Below are positions 39,401-51,223 of a stretch of DNA of 64,000 nt, piece by piece; within the stretch, counting starts at the first letter, position 1; every line of letters begins with the position of its first letter. The notes under the pieces are model-generated. The model had not been told where the DNA came from, searched no databases, and saw only the letters and a program-made list of their open reading frames with translations. The stretch comes from Guillardia theta CCMP2712. Taxonomy: Eukaryota > Protista > Cryptophyta. Position numbers and translations under genes: made by a program. The stretch is from the NCBI RefSeq assembly GCF_000315625.1, contig NW_005434480.1, positions 1 to 64,000 on the forward strand, in the 5' to 3' direction.

Positions 39401-42400
39401 CTACTTGGGGCTCGGGCTATCTGCGACCCGGGAGGTTCTACGGCACCTGCACCTCTGGCAGGCGCCTGTCGGGCGTGTTCATGCTCGAGGGGCAGAGGTC
39501 AGGCATCGAGCTGATCGAGATCGTGACTCCAGGAACAAGCTGCAGCGCCAACGTCCAGGTCACCATCTCCAGTCCCGACAAGGACGGGGTGGCTGATGGG
39601 CTGACCAACACCCCGGTCTGTCCGTCCGACAGCTCTCTATGCTCTCAGGCTACGGCAGTCGCGACTGTCAGCGGAGGGTCCATCACCAGCATCGCCCTCA
39701 CCAGCGCGGGCAGAGGGTACTTCTTCCCGCCTACCGTGACGCTTACGAACCCCAGCTCCAACACGCCTTGTGACGCCTTTGCGATAGCGCACTTGTCTCA
39801 CAACTTCACCTCTCGTCTGCGGGTGACAGCAGACTCCAACCTGATGATGTACCACCCCCAGCGAGATCACTTCGACTCCCTCACTGGCCTGCACTCGACC
39901 GTCTTCCCCGCGGTCGCTCTGTACAAGCGATATGATGCGAGGAAGTCCAACGCTGAGGTCGGAACAGGATACGTGGCTGCCATAGTCGTGACGTCTCTAC
40001 CGCCGTCGTCTTGCACAGGACCCATCACCATCGAGCCTCCGCCCTCAGGCAGGACCGCGAGGGCTCAAACAGCAGCCAACGGCGGCGTCACCTCGATCGA
40101 GGTCATCGACGGAGGGTCCGGGTACGAGTATCCGCCAGCTGTGACCCTGCCGTGCACAGACGGCAGCGCCCGGGCGATCCTAGGCTTCGTGACCTCAGAC
40201 GTTCACATGGCCGGCCCGAGAGCCTCTTCGTACACTGGCATGCAGTCGGCGCTGCTGACGTCATCGTCCAAGGCTCCCGCCTTCCGCTCTACCATGGACT
40301 CGCCGGTGGTGGTCGGCTTCAACAAGGCTTGCAGCACTGCAGTCACGCAGACGATGCTGAGGGCAGGCAGCTCGTGGAACAGCTCTCGAGTCACAGCTGT
40401 GACGGTCCCGCAGCAGGGGGTGTCGGGGTTTGCGTTCGGGTTCACAAGCGTGAAGATAAGCCCGTCAGCTATCAACGCCAACGGTCTGGTCGACGCTCAT
40501 GCCGACGCCGTGGCGGTCCCCACCTGGTCCTTTCCTGTCTCGGGGTCGAGGCTGGTCAACGGGGAGCTTGGCGTAGTGCACTACAACGGGCCTACGACCG
40601 TGACTAATCTCTTCAGCTGCGACGGGTCGGTGCTGGTGTTCAGCTCTCCGCAGCGGCCAGGAGGGCAGGCGCTCAAGATCAAAGTCTCCCAAGCTGCGGG
40701 CGCGAGCCTTCCGAGCTACGAGATCGTACAGCAGGGTCAAGGGTACGCCAATATCCCCATCGTTGTCGACATGGAGTTTAGCGTCAGAGGGGCGGTCAAG
40801 AGCTACCGACAAGACTTTGCGGACCTGAGCAGCAGCCAGCAGACGCTCTGCAAGCCTTCCTTCTTCTCGCTCAACACGGCGTACCAGGGCACCAACGTCT
40901 ACTCGGGCTTCGTCATAGCCTCAGGCACTGTGGCACAGCAGACAGGCCTGACTCTCGACGGAGCTCTCATCACCCACGAGGGATACGGATACCAGAGCTC
41001 GGGCTCCGGACCCATCGCGACCTTCAGCTGCAGCGGATGCTCCAGCAGCGCCTGTGCTGACAAGAGCGCCAACTCCATCGCCAACCAGGTGTGCACTGCC
41101 TCAGAGCTTCAGGTGGAGGCGACGGTGAGCGGAGAGTGCTCGGGCTCGTGCGAGCAGTCGGTAGCGACCAGCGCCTTCTACTCGCCCAGCAACCGCGACG
41201 GGCTGCAAGTCTGCTCGCCGGCGGACGGAGCGGCAGGAGACTACAGGACGCGCAAGACGCTGCAGATGCGCGTGTCGAGCGGGCCGTCGGCGTACTCCTC
41301 CAGCAACGTCTACACGGCAAGACGCAGCCAGGGCTTCCAAGGCCCGCGAGGCTCCTTGATCTTCAAGATCGCAGCCAACGAGGCGTTCGCGTCCGCCTCG
41401 CTCTGTCAGCCCCCGCGCGTCCTCGTGGAGCATCAACGTCGTCGCTCTGCCCGGGTCGCTGCCGGCATGCCCAGCTCCCACTCTTGGCGCTTACCCGAGA
41501 AGTGGGATGGTCGCGTCTCGGGTCGAGCTCGTGAGGAACGTCTCGCTGCCAGAGCTCAACCAGGGGGCCGCAAACGTCCAGCCGACTTGCAGCAGCGGGT
41601 CGTTTGTTGTCAAGTCTCTCTGCCCGGGCTCCAAACTCTGCACAAGCGCCTACTCGCAAGCGGAGCTCAACCCGCTGCCTTCCTGCTCAGGCTCCTCGCA
41701 GTGCAGCGCATGTGCTACGTTCCCTTGCCCCGCCCGCACCTGCGCGGCCGACAACTGTCCCTCCTACCTGTCGACAGTCCTTGATGCCTCGCTGTCGAGT
41801 GTGGTCGCTGATGAGGCGCTGGCAGCCATCGGGTGGGATGCTCGGACCCACCAGCCAGTCCTGCTCAACGCGGGCTTCGGCTTCTCTCCCAGCACGCCTA
41901 ACCCGCTGAGGCTCGAGTTTCCTTCGGACGCAGGACAAGCGTATCCGTGCGCGGAGATTCTACTCTACTTCACCGACGGCCCCAGCTCAGACGCCCTTCA
42001 GCCGGGCCCTCTCTACTGGCCGGGCGACTTGTCCTTCGATCAGAGCTCTGTCCGCAACCTGGCGGGCCAGGTGACCGGCGTGGACTATCTGCTCAGACCC
42101 GGCTTCATCAACGCAGTCTACGGCTCGTTCAGCAACTTCCCTGTCACGACTCTTGTGGCTCTCAGAGACCAGGCGGCTCGTCGGCTCCTGCAGACCTCCA
42201 GGTCGGCTGTGCTGGAGGTGCAGTCAGTGTCGGGCTTCAAGGTGGGCGACTACGTGCGGCTTGTGGATGAAGTCCTTCTCGTGGACGCGATCAGCGTCCA
42301 GCAGAGCACTCTCACGGTCACTCGAGGCGCGCTCAACACCAGCATGGCCTTGACCTTCGCCGCAGGCACCGTTGTCAGGACCTTCAACCCGGGCTCCGTG

Positions 42401-45400
42401 CTGCTCAAGAGCGTCGCAAGGGACGCGACCAGCATTGACGTGTCAAACGCCGCCAAGTTCACGTCGGGCAGATACATCCAGATAGAGAAGGAGGTCATGT
42501 ACGTCACTGCCGTAGGAGCCTCGTCGCTGACTGTGCTTCGAGGACAAGAGGGGACGATCGCAGCCAGTCATGCCGCATTCAAGGCGGTGGGGTACGTGCG
42601 ACTGTCTCAGAAGTATCCCATCGTGCTGCAGGAAGCCGTGACGGCGGATCAAACCTCGTTGACTGTATCGGACGCGAGCCTGTTGTTTGCGGGGGCCTTC
42701 ATCCAGGTGCTGGGCGAGATCATGACAGTGACTTCGATATCCGGCGACAAACTTACCGTCCAGCGAGCCCAGGTAGGAACATCGGCGTCATCGCACCCGA
42801 CGGGAGTGCTGGTGAAGCTGACCACTGGGGCGAGCCTGGGGCGGTCAATCTACAGGTCAAACATGGTTCTGCTGGCTACGATCAGCTTTAGCGACACTGT
42901 ACTACGTTTGAAGGACCCAGTGAAGGACACGCAGTCGTCAGGCTTTCAGCCAGGCGACTACCTGCTGGTATATAATTATTATGATTTGTTTGATGAGGCG
43001 ATGTTGGTATTGAGCGCTGAGACGGCTACTGTATCGGGGTATCTCTACCAGAACCTGACGGTCCAAAGAGCTCAGTTTGGATCAAATCCTGACAAAGCTG
43101 ATTTGTTGGAAGGGATCTCAGTGAACTATCTATTCAGCCCACGAGTCCTGGAGCAGGAAATCGATAAGACGGCAACCAACGCGAACTTCTCAAACACTTA
43201 CGGACTGCAAGCCGGAGATCTGCTGTGGGCGTTTCCAGGGTGGGATAATGATGTGTACTTCGAGGTGATGGAGTATCAGTCGGACGGCAGTGTGCGTCGA
43301 GAAATGATCCCTGACTTTCAGGGTTACCCACAGGCTACCAGCGTGTCATCAGGAGCACTGGTGCAGACCATTGCAAAGCCTGCTTATCTTAACACTCGGT
43401 ACAGAACAAATTACAAATCTTGTGCAAGCCCACCATGTGAGGTGCCCTTATCAAGGGTATCAGACTTGGTAGTTGGAGACATCGTGAGCAACGGCTATAC
43501 TCTTACTCTGGAAGTCAAAGCTATCAACACTAAAGACAGCACAATCACTGTGACGAATGTTTTCGCACCAACCGAAGTTGTGAAACTGTCAAATACAGAG
43601 AGTACATTTTCGAAGGTTGAGGGTTTGAGGCTCCTCAACTCAACCTTTAAGGTGACAGATTATCAGGCTACCTACAGCATCTCCTTGACCACTCAAGTGT
43701 CCGACTTCTACTCCCCGGGTGACTTCGTGTGGATCTGCCAGGCTGATGGCAAAAATGGTTTGTTCCGAGTCGAAGCTGTCGCAGACTACTCCATGGACGT
43801 TACTCCATTCACCAAAACTCAGGGGCCTTCATTCGAAAAAGACAAGGCAGTCCTGTACAAGTACGAGAGATTCGACGTTCTTCACGGTGATGCGCTATAC
43901 CCCGGCGACAGCGTCATGTTCTCGGCGGATGCTTATGGGGGGACAGCGCAAGTCATCTCGTCCTCTGAGAACGAAGTCCGCCTCAAGTTCACGGCAGGAG
44001 AATACGATAAAAAGGAATTTTTTCGTAACGTACATTGGGCCCATCAGCTGCTCCCTGTCTCCAAAAAGAGCTTCGCCAGGTCCAAGCTCGCTCTAGACAT
44101 CAACTCGACCGTATCCCGCATCATCCTCTTCGACGCCTCCGGGTTCCTAGCCGGCGACAGCATCGTCGTCGACGACGAGATCATGACCATAGACAACCTC
44201 AACGGCAACCTCCTCCAAGTCTCTCGAGCTCAAGCAGGCACTGCTGCTGCCCCTCACAAGCTCGCAGCATCAGTCGCATGGACCGCTCCCGTCGCCAAGA
44301 CGTCCTCGCCAGTCTCTGCCGTGACTCCTCTGACCCGGCGCGACCAGCACCTGAGGTATATCGCACAGCAGGGCTCCATCACCCTTCCCAGCTCGATCCT
44401 GCAAGCCTCCAGCAGCTACCAAGACGTCTGGGCACAGCTCGACGAGGAGATCATCATGATCCGGCAGCCCGCCTCAGGCACCGTCCCCGCGGATGATCGC
44501 GGGCTGAGAGGAACGTCGGCGGCTGCCCACGTGACCAACACGCCCTACAACATCCCCAGCGCGGTCTTCTCCTGGCAGCTCAACGTCAGGTCAAGTCTGC
44601 TGGGCTCGTCGGGCTTCTCAGCTCTGCCTGTGTACAGCATGAACGCGGCTGGAGTGATCGCAATGTCAGGAGTCCACGTGCTGTCGGGAGGAGCCGGAGT
44701 GACAAGCAGGCCATCCTTCCAGCTGAGCCTCAACAGGCTCATTGACGGCGACGCCCAAGGACAGGCGGTCGGAGGAGCGACTTACTCCTACCGCCCTCTC
44801 GTCCAGCAGACTTACCTCGGGGTCGACCTGACGGACAAGTTCACCAAGAGACTCATCAGGCCGACTGTGACCTACCCCGTGACGTACCAGCCTTGGAGGT
44901 TCCCAGCAGACCCTCTCTACTTCCAGGACAGGATGGACGGGTATGATCCGAGCTCAGACAGCTCCCTGCTGTCTCCCATCAACGGCTCCAACGCCATCAA
45001 CGCCAGCTCTCCGATCCCTCACGAGCCAGGCTCGCCCGTGTTCGTGCTGGACTCCTTCGGTCAGATGCTCGGCGATCAGGCTGTACCCCAGCAGAGCCTG
45101 TCGGTGTCAGACGGCGGCGCGTACTCCTACTCCATCACCAGCCGACCGTCCGTGCTGGACTCTACCTGGAGCAGCCCGGCCCTGCTCATCGTGTCGACGT
45201 CGTCGGCTACTAAAGCCGACATGTACCTCAACGACACCATTGCGGGCTCCTACTCCAACGGTCAGAAGACCGCTCTGCTGTCTGCCAGCAGCAGGATGTT
45301 CGCATGGAAGACAGACCCGCGCAAGCTTGCTGTGCTCGTCGGGGCCTCGTCAGCAGCGTCCGCGCCGGCGAGCGCGAGCTCGTCGACGACTCCAGCAGGA

Positions 45401-45643
45401 GGTCAGAGCATCGGAGCCATCATCGGAGGCGTCATCGGGGGCGTTGTCGGAGCAGCTCTGCTCGGCCTGCTCGCCTACAAGCTCCTTGTGCCCAAGGCTG
45501 TCGGCAAGGCGGTAGACGAGGAGATGGTGCCTGTCTACCTGCCTCAAGCCTATCCTGCCCTTGACGTGCAGTACGCCGCTGCAGCCCCGATGCCTGTTGG
45601 TACTCCAGCGTACGGCCAGCAGCCCATGGCATACGGAATGTGA
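33418..45643 (+). pseudogene. Giant membrane protein paralog B (~4,120 aa if repaired), frameshifted by a deletion at 41432-41450
   Basis: ORFs 33361-41784 and 41507-45643 are collinear with A and near-identical to E. A probable in-frame 48-nt intron at 33445-33492 gives the signal peptide MSGLQAILLLLLSISCPAHA. TM IGAIIGGVIGGVVGAALLGLLAY; tail ends YGQQPMAYGM. Confidence 0.8.
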
Positions 45644-46624
45644 GAAGCGCGGCTGCTTGATGATCCGGCAGGCAGCGGCTGATGCTGCTGTCTGCCTCGT
45701 AGAGCTCGATACGAGCGATTCCTTCTATCGGATGAGAATAAAGTCAATGTGAAGTTGAATAGCTTGAGGCCTTGTAGTTCTAAGACGAAAGGAGGGAGAG
45801 AGACAGTGAAGAGAGGAGGTAGAGCAGGGCAGGTACGCGAAACTGATGCAGGGAGGAAAGTATTGAAGGTAGACTGATGTCACTAGATAACTGTTGATGA
45901 ACAGAAGCTCAATGGCAAAGAGAGACTGAAAATGACGACTGTCATTGCCCGAAAGACGATCGATAAAGGGGAGGTTTGCTGTGGCAAGCTTCAGCCCCCT
46001 GCTCAATGCTCGTCGAGCCTCACCGCAACCTCTTTCCCCTAGCAGCACGAACAGGCTCATTCCCTTCCCCGCCATCCCAGCGTCCCCTGCAGCTCCACCA
46101 CGAAGGGGGGGAGTCCACAAGGGGTCCTCATCTCAGTCTTAGATACTCGCTGGCTGTCTACTAGGCACCAGCTGGGGCTATCCTCGAGTGCTACCCCCTG
46201 ACCATGACCCCTCCGAGTTGCGCTCGCTCCTCAATGGCTCTCATATCATCTTGCGATTGCATCAGGAGCAGGAAGCTTCAAGTCTGACTTCCCTCGCTAG
46301 AATCGAGCTCGCCTCCATGAGACCATGTGCTGCCTCACTCGGTGGCCTAGTTCCTCTCTGAGGCGAGCTGCTCTCCCTATATTCCCCGTTTTTTTGGTGA
46401 ATTACAGATGAATCAGTCGAGATGAGCGTGCTGGGAGTGGGTGGGGGTGATCAACGTCGTTAGAAGGGCATTCAAGGGAGGGATATGATATCAGAGTTGT
46501 ACACATAGAGCTATGGGATCTAAGTAGGGTTCGAGGTAGGTTTAGAGTACTAGTATCTGTAGCGATGCTACTGTATGTCGTTCTTGACAGTCACGAGAGG
46601 TTCTCATGCAGGAGTGGCAGCAGT

Positions 46625-46730
46625 CATCATGCGATCCTACCCGCCTGTTCCCACGTATGTCATGTCATCGTACCCGCCTGTTCCCACGGATGTCATGTCA
46701 TCCTACCCGCCTGTTCCCACGGATGTCATC
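46625..46730. repeat. 33-bp tandem repeat x3
   Basis: tcatgtcatcctacccgcctgttcccacggatg repeated three times with minor changes. Confidence 0.9.
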
Positions 46731-46747
46731 GGGTCTATCGGAGCAAC

Positions 46748-49700
46748 TCACACCCGCCTGAACTCGATCAGCAACTCAGGGTAAGTCTGCCGCCGGTCGT
46801 ACACGATGAACTCCCTGTGCTTGTCCAGATAGGCCTGCAGGTGAGTGTCTTGCGTTACTAGGCTCCGATCTCTGAGTCATGCAGACGGTCGCTGCCCGGC
46901 ATGGCTGGTGGTCGTCGAGCTCTCCTCATGGTTTGCAGGGCCTCGTACGGCGTTCCTAGCGCCACCCGCACAAGCAGCATGCGGCAGATCCCGTGGCTGT
47001 CGGGCGTGCAGTACTCGTCGCTCTTGCTGGAGTTCTCCGCCAGGTAGACCCCAGCTCCGAACAAGCCTCCCAGACCCGCTCGTCGAGCCCGGACTTCAAG
47101 ATAGCTTCCGCCATGTCGTGCTTGGTCCCGTGGAACAGAAACGTCTCGTTGCTCGTCTTGTCCAGTAGTCGCTCTAGAGCATACGCCGACCACAGCCCCG
47201 CATGCTCTACACGGAAGACTCGCTCCACCTCGTATCCTTTATACTTGAGGCCCTTGTTGTCTCTTCCTTGCCCGAGGTACTGCGACTTACACGTCGACGT
47301 CATCAGCTCTTGTATCCTGTCCTTCCATTCGCTTGTAACGTCGACCTTGATGTCCGTGCTCCTACCGCTTGATTGACTCTGCCAGTAGTAGGGAGGCTTC
47401 AGCACCGCGCGATCCTGCGCGAGAAGCAGCTTCTCTGTCTCAACGTCTCTCCCTTTTTGTTTGAGCTCGGCCTCGCGCTGGCTCAACGTCGTTAGCCCTG
47501 ACTGCACCTGACGCTGCTGGTCTGTCAGAAGCTGACCTTGCTTGTTGAGCTCGGCCTTCTCTTTCTGTAGCTGCTCCTTCCTGGACCTGTCGTCGTCTTC
47601 GAGTTGCTTGCCTCTAGACATCAGGTCTCGCTGCTGCTCCAGCAGCTGCCTCTCCTCACGCTGCACGCGCTCCCTGCGCTGGTGCATCTCCCTCTCCCTC
47701 TCCTTCAGCTCGTCTTGCTGTGCAGCCAGCGCCTGACGCTCTCGATCGAGCCGCTCCCGCATGTCAGCGCGCTCCTTGTCGAGATGTTCGCGTTCCAGGA
47801 TCATAGCATGGCTGAAGTAGCGGTGAGTCAGAGCCTCGACAGATGAAGGCCTCATGCTTGGATTGGAATCGATGAGTCTAAAAACAAGATCCTTCGCCTC
47901 TCCTTGTAGCCTGGCCACCATCACCGTGATGTTCTCTCGCCGCGACCCACTTGTCCATACCTCTGTCAACACCTCGAGCATCACCAACCCATACGAGTAC
48001 ATGTCGCACTTGTGCGAGAGCTGCTTCTTGCTCGTGGAAGGGTCCAGCAGCTCCGGAGCCATGTAGTAGGCAAGGGTTGCGGTCACTGTCGCTGCCAGCT
48101 CCCTCGCTCGGTCCTCTTGCTCCTTCGACACATCAAAGTCCGCGATCTGCGGCTCTGCACGCTCGTCCTTGGAAGTCATCAGGATGTTCCCGGGCTTGAT
48201 GTCGCAGTGGATGATCCTATTTCGATGAAGGTGCTCCAGCCCCTGCAGCACCTGCATCAGCACCCTGTGCTTGTGCTGATCGCTGGGTTTGACATGCTCC
48301 ACCCAGCTCGAAAACGTCCCTCCGACGAGGAGCGGCATCTTCAGGTATCCCTTCATGACTGATCTCTCGAATTCTCTCCTCTCTTCGATAAAAGCGCTGC
48401 TCAGCTTCATGATGTAAGGGTTCTCCAAGCGACGCAAGATGCTGGCTTCACGAAGGAAGCATCTGCTTCCCCTTGTGCTGTCTGAGAGTACGTACTCCTT
48501 GATGACATATTCTTCGTCTCCTTGTCTTACGAGCATAACGTTATGTCGGGCTCCCTTCTGCCCGGCCTGCGACAGCCGGTCAACCACTTTGAACATGTCC
48601 ATAGTCTCGCGCCCAATCACAAAATCTCCGTCGCTCCCCCCTGTCTTGCGCTCCATGTCCTGCTTCAACTTGTTTCTGTGCTCAGGATAGTGACAGGCCA
48701 TGCTCCACAGCCTGCTCTCCGTCCTCTCGAGCTCTTTGGCGCTTGCCACGAGCTTCGTATGGATCGCTTCTTTCGTCTGCTCTGAATCTTGGTGGGCGAT
48801 TTCTTCCTTTGGCACCTCTCTAGGTCGGATTGGTGACGAAACATCTCATCTTCCAGGCGCTCAACCGCCTGTTTCAGCTCTCCCCACCTCCCCACCTATC
48901 CAGCAGACGCTGCGGGTCTTCTAAGCTCTCAAACGTCTTCTTGTAACTGCTCAAGCCCTCGACATCTGCCATCTGATCCAGCTCGAAGGACACAGTCTGT
49001 GCCCATGACAGAGCTCGCCTCAGCAATGACACCTCGTCTTCAGACACAAACGCTGCCTCAAGCGCCATGTGCGTCTCCGGTAGCGCATCTTCTAGATGGT
49101 TCGTGTCTCTGCAGCTTGTAACGGCGAAGCTTCCATCCAGCATTCCCACCAGCTAGCTCCATTGCCTGCTTGTACTCCAGCAGACGAACCTGACAACCGC
49201 CTTCAAGCGCAGCTTCCAGCTCGTCAGATGCCTGTATTAGATCTGTCCTCGTCTTGTTCCGCCTCTCTATGCTCGCATTTTCCTCCTCTTTCGCACATCC
49301 CATGACCTCAGCTTGTCTGGTATTGAGTTCACCCTGCAAGGCCCGCACTCTACCCCAAGCCTCCCGCATACGCACATACGCCTCGTGGCCCCTGCTGCCC
49401 AGCAACTCTACCAAAGCAAGGACATGTGCGCTTGCACTCCTGAGGCGAGCTCATTGCTGCACATCTTCTCCGTCAGCTCATGAAGTGAAAGCTTCGCTAC
49501 CCCCTGCAGGCCTATGGATGAACCATGCCGCTTCGCCGCCTTCACTGCAGATCGCAGGGTAGTGCTCTTGTCCATGTTGGTGAGAGCACGCTTTCGCCGC
49601 ATCCAGTCCTCTATCTTGCTCGCCAGCTCCTCGTCCTGCCTCTCTCGCGCTGCCTCCGCCGCTGTTCGTCCCAGCGAGTCTCGCAGCTCCCCGAGCTCTC

Positions 49701-50199
49701 CGCCCCCGACCTCCAGCAGCCTCTCACAGACAGACCAGACGCCTCGCGCCGCCTCCGCGTGCAGCGCCGAGCCATCAAGCATATGAGTCTTGAGAGACAC
49801 ACTAAATACGCCATCACTATGACCCCCACTATGACCCCCCTCCATGCTCACAAGGTCCCACACCCTCAGCGTATTGTCCCAGCTCCCGCTGACAGCCGTC
49901 TTGCCGTCCCCGCTGATCGCCACGCTCGTTACCCTACGACTATGACCCTGAAGACAAGCCTTCTCCTCCATGCTCTTGACGTCCCACACCCTCAGCATCC
50001 TATCCCAGCTACCGCTGACTATGGCCGTGACTCTCGCTGGTCCTACTGGATGCTTCTGCTTCAGTCGCTCTGCTCCTGCACTCACGGCCAGCGCTCTCAC
50101 TTGGACCTCATCTCCTCTCTCGATCGCTTCGATCAGCTGCTGCCGCTTCCTCTCGTCCTCCTCCATGCTCTGCTGCTCGTCGTCGGAGACCTGGCTCAT
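46748..50199 (-). pseudogene. Decayed multidomain gene: ankyrin with inserted WD40 repeats, helical region, Ser/Thr kinase, coiled coil, PARP catalytic domain
   Basis: WD40: VSGSWDRMLRVWD, GHSRRVTSVAISGDGKTAVSGSWDNTLRVWD. Kinase (~48600-47810): YVIKEY, HCDIKPGNIL, IADFDVSK, YMAPE. PARP: NETFLFHGT, GLFGAGVYLAENSSKSDEY, MLLVRVALG, HREFIVYDRRQTYPELLIEF. Several frameshifts and in-frame TGA stops. Confidence 0.85.
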
Positions 50200-51223
50200 C
50201 CTCCTCCTCGCTCGTCCTTCAGCCCCAGCACAAGGGACCTCTTGTCTTCCCTCGCTCCTCTCGAGCAGACCGTCTGCCGTCCTCGTCGTCCTCGTCGCGC
50301 TTGAGCTTGAGGTCCGTAGGGAGGAGTCAGAGAGAGCGAGAGGCCTGTAGCAGGGATGAGCAGCGGGACCTCTGAGGCTTGTCTGACAGCCTTGAGCCTC
50401 TCAAACGTCTATCTCTTGTATGTCTGTTCTGTTTCTCGTATTTCTCTTCTTTGTCAGTCTTGTCACTAGGATGTCTCTCGCTTTTCTCTGTCTCCTTCTG
50501 CCTCTCTTCTGTCTGTCTTGTAAACATTTCTTGTTCTCTTCTACATCTTCTTCTGCTTTGTTACCACTCGCATCTATCTCCTCATACCTACCTCACGACG
50601 TATACTCTGTCTCTCTCCCTCTTTCTGCATCTGGGCTGCTGGTCGTGATTCTGCTCTTTCTCTCTTCGTTCTCTCTTCGATCTCTTCCCCCCTTTCTCAT
50701 CCTCTCGTAAACATCCAATCCTGTAAACATCTCTAGATGTCTTCTGCTTATTCATCTTTTCCTTTCTCACCATCTCCCTCTCCCTTCCCTTGTCTTTCTC
50801 TCTCCTCTCGCATGCTCCTGCTTCCACCGGGCCTGCTGGATATTCAGCGTAACTTTCCCACCCCATGGACCAAAAACAAACTTTTGCACATACTTTCCAA
50901 ACTTTGGCGCACCTACTCCACCAACCCATAATACGGGCTGCAAGGAACCCCGCCCACGACCCGGCTTCCCACCGCATTGCTCCCACGCTTCTGACCCTCC
51001 ATACCCTCCGCAAACCCTTTCCAAACCTCCGCATGCCCGAAACCATCCCCACCTCCCGCTCCCCCTCCCCCGCCCTGGAGATTTGCGGAGACACCCCACC
51101 CCACCCTCCTCTCCTCAAGTCGAGAAACTAGAGGTACCCCCTCCCACGGCCAGATTTCCGGAGACCCCACGGGCCCTTGGCGTACCGCCCCCCTCCCCGG
51201 CCTTCGAGGGCATGGAGGTTTGG

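Noticed and set aside
42960-44045. Diversity-generating retroelement as the cause of variation
   Set aside because: B/E differences are not adenine-specific and include indels; no template repeat or DGR reverse transcriptase is in the window.
45960-46170. Faint non-LTR reverse transcriptase-like motif (GVHKG...YSLAV)
   Set aside because: Needs frameshifts and lacks the YxDD motif; too weak to call.
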